NCBI GenBank assembly: GCA_963662435.1
Contig: OY759598.1
Span: 3,879,923-3,943,922, forward strand
Source: Dehalococcoidia bacterium
Lineage (GTDB): Bacteria; Chloroflexota; Dehalococcoidia; Lucifugimonadales; VXLM01
Length of the DNA stretch: 64,000 nucleotides
Direction of reading: 5' to 3'
This document shows, one piece after another, positions 53,402-62,100 of the stretch (position 1 is the first letter of the stretch; every line of letters begins with the position of its first letter). Below the pieces are notes generated by a model. It was not told where the DNA came from, did not search any database, and saw nothing but the letters and a program-made list of their open reading frames with translations. The position numbers and the translations under genes were made by a program.

Positions 53402-55903
53402 TTAGGAGGTCTCGCTTGATGTCCGCCGGCTATAGATGCGCTCAAGAGGCGTGATCATGCCGTTCGCAGCAACGCTCCACTCGAAGAAATCCCTGTTGTC
53501 TGCGGCGTGCACGATGACATGCTGAAACTTCTCCAGCAGGCTCGGAGGCGCCGAATACGCCAGCATCATTTCGTACAAGTCATACAATGGGGACGGAATG
53601 GGCGTTTCGTCGAGGAACGCCTCAAACGCCACGCTGAATTCCTTGAATGCAACGCAAGAGTAGAGGTAGTTTGCCTGGGGCCATTCGTCCATCGTCAGGT
53701 TGGCTCTCGAGTATTCGTAGTCCTTCCTGCGAAGGTTGATGCGCTCGATGAGCGCCTCTTCCAAGGTATCGTATGACTCAAGGATGCGGTGGTACTGCTT
53801 CGCCTCGCTGGTCTCCCAGTGTTTCTCCTCCGTCCAGTCGTCCGTCGAATACCCGCCGCTGGGTAAGTCGGAGGCGACGTAGTAGTGCGCGTGCTTGCAG
53901 AAGTTGGCGAGATCCTCGTAACCTCCCTTGTTGCACGGCCCACCCATGTCGATGACGCCCAGGGGCCTCTCAAGCAGCTGCGTCCACGACGCAAGAAAGG
54001 CGTCTGCGTCGGGGTTCGTCAACTGCTTTGCGAAGAGGTCCCCGCCGGGGCCGCCATGCCCGCTGAACATGAAGTGATGCTCCGCCTGAGGATGGCGTTT
54101 CACCAGCTCTGCCGCGAAGTCCTCGAACGCCCCCCGCAGGAAGTCGCTGCGTTCATCCGACGACTCCTCCGGCATCCCCGTGTGGACGCTCACGGCGTAC
54201 TGCTCCCGGTAAGCGATCACGTCGTCCTCGGTGACGTTCCCAAAAACGCCGTAGACCGGGTCGTAGTCGTTGGGAAAGGCGTAGAGGTGAACGGAGTCCG
54301 TCTCCTCCCATATCGCCGCTTCGTAGTACCGGAGCGTCGGGCTCTCCTTCTGCGGCGCCGCTTCCGTCCAGCCGCCCGGGTTGGAGAACGGCACCCACTC
54401 CTCCGTAACCAGCACGACCCTCAAGATGACATGTGGTTGCATGGAGTAGGCGGGTGCCGGGGCGCTGGTCGGCGTCGGCGCACGTGTGGACGTAGCGGTT
54501 GGAGGAGGAAAGGACTCTAGCCCGCAGATTTCGCTGGCCCTAATGAACTCCTCCGGCGTTTCGCCCAGGCTGGCTGCCTGCATGGCTTCCACCAGTTGCG
54601 CCGGTCCGCCCAACTCCTCGAACAGGCAGGCAGCCCCCACCCTATCCCTGGGCTGCATCCCCAGCCTTGGGGCATAGGTCTCCCATTCCTCATCGTTCAT
54701 GCAAGCCACGGAAATGTTGAGCGCGGCCATGCCCAGGGCCAGGGAATTCGCGGGCGTATTCCCTGCGAGGGCTGGCGCCAACAGCCCTCGCAGGTCCAGC
54801 GGAACGAATCCTTCCCGTATGCACCCTGAAGTATCCTGGCTGAAGGGTTCAACCTGTCCGACGAGCGTGGTCAGGAACAGTCGCAACACCGTTTCGTCTT
54901 GGAGGCAGTTGATGATGGCGGTGGTGGTCTCCGGTGAGCTGCCGGGAGCACGTCCTGTCATCTGCAACAGTTCCTGGGGGCCGATGTCGTTGTCGCCGAG
55001 GCAGGACTGTTCCCCGGCCGATAGCCCAGACAGGAACACTTGGGGATCGCCCACATCCACAGGTCTCAGCGAGTCCGGCGGCAGCCCACTGTCCTTCATT
55101 GTACCCTGCGACGTGCTCCCGCCCTCATTCCCCGGCACATCGGGGAAGCCGAAATCGGTTTCGATGCCGCAGGCTTTCACTGCCTGACCAAGCATCGCGC
55201 TTTCCTCCATCGAAAGACCTGCTCCGGAGGCGTCGGCGCCCGAGAGGACGGCAATGATACGTTCGCCCGAGGATGTTCCCTCAAGCTCCTTTATCAAGCA
55301 CGCGAGATCGGTCGGATTTAGGGTAGGGCCATCGCCCGGAGGGGTTAGGGACGCAGCCTCCTCCGGCGTCAGGCACGCGATGAGCCGAAGCGTCGCGGGA
55401 CCGCCTTCGGCATCCCCAGGCTGGCCAAGCGCCTCCACGATGGCCGAATCTTCCCTCAGCAGTTCGGTTATGCAGGCTTGCGTCGCCGCGCTGAAGCCCC
55501 CGGCGCGAATCGAGAGCATCGAGATCCCCGCCGCCGCCGCATGCTCTTCCGTGAGACAATCGGCGCCGGGAGAGGGCCCGCTCTCATCGCCCGCCAACAG
55601 CTCACCCGCTTCTTCTGTGAGAGGCGACCTCAACAGTTCCTGAAAGCTCGCGCCAAGCCTGTTCTCCAGGCAGGATGCCTCCTCAGCCGTCAGCAGGGCT
55701 ACGAGGTCCCTGCCCGTAGAGGATCGGTCGAACTGCCAGAATGGAACCTCCACCGAACCGGCGTCAGTTGGCGTGCTCAGGGCCGCGGGCGCCTGGGTTG
55801 GCGTCGCCGTGTTGGTTGGAGCCGCCGTTGGGTCCTCGTCCGAACATGCTGCAAGCGCGGATAGAGCAACGATGACCGCCAAGCAAGAGAGCCTTGTAAA
55901 CAT
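53402..55903 (-). CDS. lipoprotein with the six-Cys modules fused to a C-terminal domain carrying a putative His/Cys peptidase dyad
   Basis: Lipobox LSALAACSDED. The module at about 54.5-55.06 kb is about 80% nt-identical to 38.44-39.0 kb. The C-terminal roughly 340 aa contain HHFMFSGHGGPGG and, 41 aa on, LGVIDMGGPCNKGG. The start is taken at ATG 55903. Confidence 0.7.
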   Translation of the reverse strand: MFTRLSCLAVIVALSALAACSDEDPTAAPTNTATPTQAPAALSTPTDAGSVEVPFWQFDRSSTGRDLVALLTAEEASCLENRLGASFQELLRSPLTEEAGELLAGDESGPSPGADCLTEEHAAAAGISMLSIRAGGFSAATQACITELLREDSAIVEALGQPGDAEGGPATLRLIACLTPEEAASLTPPGDGPTLNPTDLACLIKELEGTSSGERIIAVLSGADASGAGLSMEESAMLGQAVKACGIETDFGFPDVPGNEGGSTSQGTMKDSGLPPDSLRPVDVGDPQVFLSGLSAGEQSCLGDNDIGPQELLQMTGRAPGSSPETTTAIINCLQDETVLRLFLTTLVGQVEPFSQDTSGCIREGFVPLDLRGLLAPALAGNTPANSLALGMAALNISVACMNDEEWETYAPRLGMQPRDRVGAACLFEELGGPAQLVEAMQAASLGETPEEFIRASEICGLESFPPPTATSTRAPTPTSAPAPAYSMQPHVILRVVLVTEEWVPFSNPGGWTEAAPQKESPTLRYYEAAIWEETDSVHLYAFPNDYDPVYGVFGNVTEDDVIAYREQYAVSVHTGMPEESSDERSDFLRGAFEDFAAELVKRHPQAEHHFMFSGHGGPGGDLFAKQLTNPDADAFLASWTQLLERPLGVIDMGGPCNKGGYEDLANFCKHAHYYVASDLPSGGYSTDDWTEEKHWETSEAKQYHRILESYDTLEEALIERINLRRKDYEYSRANLTMDEWPQANYLYSCVAFKEFSVAFEAFLDETPIPSPLYDLYEMMLAYSAPPSLLEKFQHVIVHAADNRDFFEWSVAANGMITPLERIYSRRTSSETS

Positions 55904-56068
55904 TGTTTGCCCTAGTCCACCTTTCACAGAATACGCCCAACCCATCGCGATTGTCCGCCGAATGGCTGAGTTACGCAGCGAGTCTGTACAGCGGAGTTCC
56001 AGGGAAGTCGTCAAGATAATCCGACCCACCCCCCTCAAGCTCCTGTGTCCTCCAGCGGCAGCGCTGGA

Positions 56069-56165
56069 CTAGTCGTCGTCAACGATGGTCATGATCCCTT
56101 CCCCACCCTCGACAATCGTGCCTGCCGCGGGGGAGTAGAGCGTCAACATGAAGACTCTCCGGCTT
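56069..56165 (-). pseudogene. orphan 3'-terminal remnant of a Calx-beta protein gene
   Basis: ..VFMLTLYSPAAGTIVEGGEGIMTIVDDD(stop) parallels the C-terminus of the 46784 gene (VFTVTLSSPNGAMLEREEGTMTIIDDD). Confidence 0.55.
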
Positions 56166-56172
56166 CGTCTGA

Positions 56173-59100
56173 TTAGTTGGGATCCATAATAGTCATGGTA
56201 GCCTTTTCGCGTGCTATGGTGGCCCCTTCCGGATTCTCCAGCCACACCGTGAAGTACTCGTCCTCTTCGTCTTCGGTATCCTGCCTCAGGTTCACCTTTC
56301 CCGTCATAACGGTAACTCCCGGCGCAAAGACCAGCCGGCCACTCACTGCATCGTAGTCGGTCATATGCGCGCGATTGTCCAGGATCTCGTAACTGGGCAG
56401 GGTGTACCAACTTACCTGGACCTCCCGGCCCGATACCTCGGATAGGGTCACCCGGAACTCAAGGAAACTGTCTTCAAATCCTGATGCATCTTCGACGGAG
56501 ACGGTTGGCGAAGCGTCATCGTCAACCACGTTGACCGTAGCTGAGCCTTGGGTGCTGGACACAGTGTAGCCCTCGCCAGTTTCCAGCGACGCGGTTATCG
56601 ACCCGTCTAATTCGTCCAGAGTGTCGCCGGTGGTGGCGATGGTGAGGGTCGCGCTGCCGCCGGGGGAGACAGTGACCGTTTCCGACTCTGTGGCCACCCC
56701 GTAGTCGCCGGCGACCTCAATACTCACATTCACCGAGAGATCAGCGGAAGGCGCGTCCGGATGCGCCGCGCCAGCCGTGATGGTGAACTCGGCTGCGGCG
56801 CCCTCGGTTACGCTACTGCCGCCGGTGATGCTCACCACCGGCTTGGGCAAGTCATCGTCAACCACGTTGATCGTAGCTGATCCCTGGGTGCTGGACACAG
56901 TGTAGCCCTCGCCGGATTCCAGTGTCGCGGTTATCGACCCGTCTAATTCGTCCAGAGTGTCGCCGGTGGTGGCGATGGTGAGGGTCGCGCTGCCGCCGGG
57001 GGAGACGGTGACCGTTTCCGACTCTGTGGTTACGCCGTAGTCGCCGGTGACTTCAATACTCACATTCACCGAGAGATCAGCGGAAGGCGCGTCCGGATGC
57101 GCCGCGCCAGCCGTGATGGTGAACTCGGCTGCGGCGCCCTCGGTTACGCTACTGCCGCCGGTGATGCTCACCACCGGCTTGGGCAAGTCATCGTCAACCA
57201 CGTTGATCGTAGCTGATCCCTGGGTGCTGGACACAGTGTAGCCATCCCCCCAAATCAGCGTCGCGGTTACTTCGCCGTCGGCCTCCTCAGTCGCGTCGTC
57301 GGTGGTGGCGATGGTAAGGGTCACGCTGCCGCCGGGGGAGACGGTGACCGTTTCCGACTCTGTGGTTACGCCGTAGTCGCCGGTGACTTCAATACTCACA
57401 TTCACCGAGAGATCAGCGGAAGGCGCGTCCGGATGCGCCGCGCCAGCCGTGATGGTGAACTCGGCGTCGCCACCCTCGGCTATGTCGCTGCCGCCGGTGA
57501 TGCTCACCACCTGCTTGGGCCAGTCGTTGTCAATCACGTTGACCGTAGCTGAGCCCTGGGCGCTGGATACAGTGTGGCCATCCCCCCAAATCAGCGTCGC
57601 GGTTACTTCGCCGTCGGCCTCCTCAGTCGCGTCGTCGGTGGTGGCGATGGTAAGGGTCACGCTGCCGCCAGGGGAGACAGTGACTGTTTCTGATTCTGTC
57701 GTTATCTCGTAGGCACCGATGACCGTGATGGATAGATTCACCGACAGATCACCGGACGGCGCGTCTGGATGTGCCGGGCTGGCCGCGATGGTAAAGGTGG
57801 CATCGCCGCCCTCAGTGATATCACCGCCGCCCGTAATGCTCACCACCGGCTTGGGCAAGTCGTTGTCAACCATGTTGACCGTAGCTGATCCCTGGGTGCT
57901 GGATACCGTGTAGGTAGCGTCCGGGTTCAGTCTCATTTCCAGCGTCTCGCCGGTCTCGTGATCGTCATCGTCCCATGGTTGCCATTCATATCTTACAACA
58001 CCACTGGCAGGAACATCTACAATCTTTGAAGATGTTCTTGTCTCGTAGTTGTTGCTATGGACTGTGGTTATCGACACCGGGAAGCTAACGATAGGAGCGG
58101 GGTCCAATGTGATTTTGAAGTAAGCGACCTCTCCCTCGATGATACTGTCAGTAAGCGCAACTACGCTCGCCTCCGGGGCAAATGGGTCATTGTCCAAGAT
58201 CTTCATGGTGTGATCTGACAAGTTGGGTTCAAGACTCACACTGTTCCCAACCGGGTTGGCAAGGGAGAACTCGATGGTTTCCATGCCTTCGCCAAGGTCA
58301 TCATCTATGGTATCTACGGAGACGTTAAGATACGTGGCACCCGCGGGGATGGTTGTACGGCGGGGCAATGCCACGTAGTCTTCCCCGGAAGTAGCTGTAC
58401 CGCCCACTACGAGATCCACCGTTACATCTTCTTTGTTCTCTTTGCTCATATAAATCCCAATAATCCCTCGCTCTCCCTCCTCCACTTGCCTGGTTTTGTT
58501 TTGCGGGTCGATGAATATGACGCCCGCGTCATCGTCAGTTAGCGTCACCGTCGTAGGCGGCCCGGTGTCCACCGGCCCAGATACGACGGTTATGGAAATA
58601 GTAAATGTTTCTTCCGGTTCCACCATGTCGTTGTCCACCGGGTACACTGCGACTTCTCGGCTGGTTTCTCCTGGCGCAAAGTTGAAATATTGATCAGAGG
58701 GATATATATATGCGTCTTCGCCGTGGCCCGCATCCGAATCGGTGGAGTGTATCCGGAGCCAAATTAACGCCTTCGAGGTGATAGCCTTGTCCATGAGGAC
58801 TTTGATGTGCAGTACGCTGTCATCTTCATCGAGAGTATAGGAAGCCCTTTCAAAGCTGACCGTGGCCTCCGCCGGGACTGGCTCGTCATCGTCCGCCACC
58901 GTCACCGTGGCTGAACCTTGTGTTGAGGAAACCCGGTAGGCACTGCCCGCTTGCAGCGTCCCCGTTATGGACCCGTCGAGCTCGTCCACCGCGTCATTTA
59001 CGGTGCTGACGGTAAATGTCGCGCTGCCGCTTGTCGGTATGGTCACGGTCCGCTGGCCCGTTCCGGCGGCGCCGAAGCCGCTGGTGGCTACTACCGTTAC

Positions 59101-62100
59101 CTTCACCGGCAGGGCCGCGCCGGGGGCTGGGCTGGCCTTGACGGTGAACTCAGCGTCGCCGCCCTCGGTAATCCCGCTGCCCGCAGTGATGCTGATTTCC
59201 GGTGTAGCGGGTGAATCGTCGTTGTCCATGATGTTCACGGTATGTTCTGACTGTTCAGGGTCAATGCTCACGCCGCTCCCAATCGGGTTGGCAATGATGA
59301 ATATGAAGGTTTCCATACCTTCAACTAGGTTGTCATCTATGGTATTCAGGGTGACGGCGAGAGTCTCGCTCCCCGCGGGGATGGTTACGCGGTGGTGCAA
59401 TGTCACATAGTCTTCTCCGGGGGTGGCGGTGCCCCTCACCACACAATCCATCGTGACGTCTTCCTGGTGAGGTTTGTTCATTTGGATCCAGATAGTCCCC
59501 TGACCTCCCTCCTCCACTTGCTCGGTTAAGGGATGCGCGGAGTCATGGGGGTCAATTCTGATGACGGCCTGGTCATCGTCGGTTAGCGTCACCGTCGTGG
59601 GCGCCCCGGTAGCCACCGGACCGGATACGACGCTCAGCGAAATAGTGAAGGTTTCGTCCGGTTCCACAATGTCGTTGTCCACCAGGTCCAGCATGATTTC
59701 CCGGATGGTTTCCCCTGGCGCAAAGATGATGTCCCGTGGGCCCAGTTCCCCACGGGTGTAGTCAGCAATGTAGATCTCGACGTCTCCGTCGTCATCGGCG
59801 ATGGTTCCCTCCGCCTCGGTGGCCCCCTCCACCGTCGAGAGGGTGGCGTTGACGACTCCGCTCAGGGTCACCGTCACCGTCTCGTTCAGCTCGTCCACCA
59901 GGTCGCCCCGGACCGGTATCACGATGTTGGCCGTCCGCGTCCCCGCCGGGATACTCAGGCTCAGCGGGCTGGGCACCGTGTAGTCGCTGCCCGCCGTGGC
60001 CGTCCCGCCCAGGGTGTAGGTGACCGTCACCGTCTGACCGCTCACCGCCGACAGCGTCACCGGGAAGCTCAGATCGACGATGGTATCGGGGTCGTTCCCC
60101 TCTGTCACCGCCGCCGCATTCCCCACCGACACCGTGGCCTCTGAGGTCTTGTCGAGCGTGCCCTGGGTCGTCTGCACCGTCACCGTGGCCTTATCATCGG
60201 TGGCGAAGTTCGCCTGGAACTGAACTACTATCGCCGAGGTGAGCGGCCGGTCCATGATGACTTTGATAAAGGCGCTGTTAGAGTCTTCATTGAATGTATA
60301 GGAAGCCCTTTCAAAGCTGACCGTGGCCTCCGCCGGGACTGGCTCGTCATCGTCCGCCACTGTCACCGTGGCTGATCCCTGGGTTGAGGACACCGTGTAG
60401 CCGCTGCCCCCTTGCAGCGTCCCCGTTATCGACCCGTCGATCTCGTCCAGCGTGTCATTTACGGTACTAACGGTAAAGGTCGCGCTGCCGCCCGTGGGTA
60501 TGGTCACCGTTCGCGAGCCGGTTGCGGCGCCGAAGTAGCCACTGGCCGTTATCTTGACCTTCACAAGCAATGGCGCAGTGGGTACGGGGCTGGCCGTTAC
60601 GGTGAACTCGGCGGCCTCGCCCTCCGTGATCCCGCTGCCCGGAGTGATACTCACTTCCGGCGCATTGTCGTCGTCGATGATGGTCCCGGTGGCCTCGTCT
60701 TTCCCTGAGGCCAGCGTCGCGTTGACGGGCGAGGACAGCTCCAGAAGGAAGGTCTCGTCGGGCTCGTCCAGGGTGTCCTGGGTGCTCTGCACCGTCACCG
60801 TCACGCTGGACGACCCCGCCGCGATGGTCGCCGTCTGCGCCGTGGACACCGCCGTGTAGTCCGTGGCCCCGGCCGGGTGGGTCCCGCCGGCGTCGTTCGC
60901 CGTGCTCCACTTCACCGTCACCTCACGGTCCGACACCGGGTCCAGGCTGATGACGAAGCTGACCGCGCTGCCCTCGGCCCCGCTCCCGTCGGCCACCGAC
61001 AGCTCCGCCGCGTCGTCGTCGGTGATCGTCCCCTCGCCCTCGGTGGCCCCCTCCACGCTGGAGAGGGAGGCGTTGACGGCCCCGCCCAGGGTCACCGTCA
61101 CCGTCTCGTTCAGCTCGTCCACCACGTCGCCCTTCACCGGTATCAGGATGTTGGCCGTCCGCGTCCCCGCCGCTATCGCCACGCTCTTGGTCGCCGGGTC
61201 CGTGTAGTCCTCGTCCGCCGTGGCCGTCCCGCCCAGCGTGTAGGTCACCGTCACCTTCTGCCCGCTCGCCGCCGACAGCGTCACCGGGAAGCTCAGGTTC
61301 ACCGTGGTCTCCGGGTCGTCCCCCTCCAGCGCCGCCGCCGCGTCCCCCACCGACACCGTGGGCGCCCCGTCGTCGTCGGTGATCGTGAACGTTAAATCAG
61401 GGATGTTAACTCCCGACAGCGTAGCCGTGAGAGTCAGCGTCTCATCCGCCTCATCCAAGGCATCATCGATGGGGTCCAACGTGAAGCTCCCCTGAACATT
61501 GTTGGTTCCAGCAGGAATGGTCAGCGTCCAGTCAGACACCGCAGTGTAGTCCACGCCCGACTCGGCCGGGTCTCCGTCCTGTCCTACGCTCATTGTTACC
61601 GTTTGGTCCGTGCTGAAGGTGGTTCCGCCCAAGCTGACTGTGAAAGTCATCGTAGGCGCAATTGCAACATTCTCTACCACTTCAGTCAATGAACCCGGTG
61701 AGGGTACAATTATCGCTTTCTTCGGCGCCCCGTCGTTGTCCGTGATCGTGCCCGTGGCCTCGTCTTTCCCTGAGGCCAGCGCCGCGTTGGTGGGTTCCGA
61801 CAGCTCCAGAAGGAAGGTCTCGGCGGGCTCGTCCAGGCTGTCCTGGGTCGTCTGCACCGTCACCACGACGCTGGACGCCCCCGCCGCGATGGTCGCCGTC
61901 GCCGCCGGGCTCACCGCCGTGTAGTCCGCGGCCCCGGCCGGATGGGTCCCGCCCGCGTCGGCGGCCGTGCTCCACTTCACCGTCACCGTCCGGTCCGACA
62001 CCGGGTCCAGGCCGATCGTGAAGCTCACCGCGCCGCCCTCGGCGATGCTCCCGCCGGCCACCGACAGCTCCGCCGCGTCGTCGTCGGTGATCGTCCCCTC

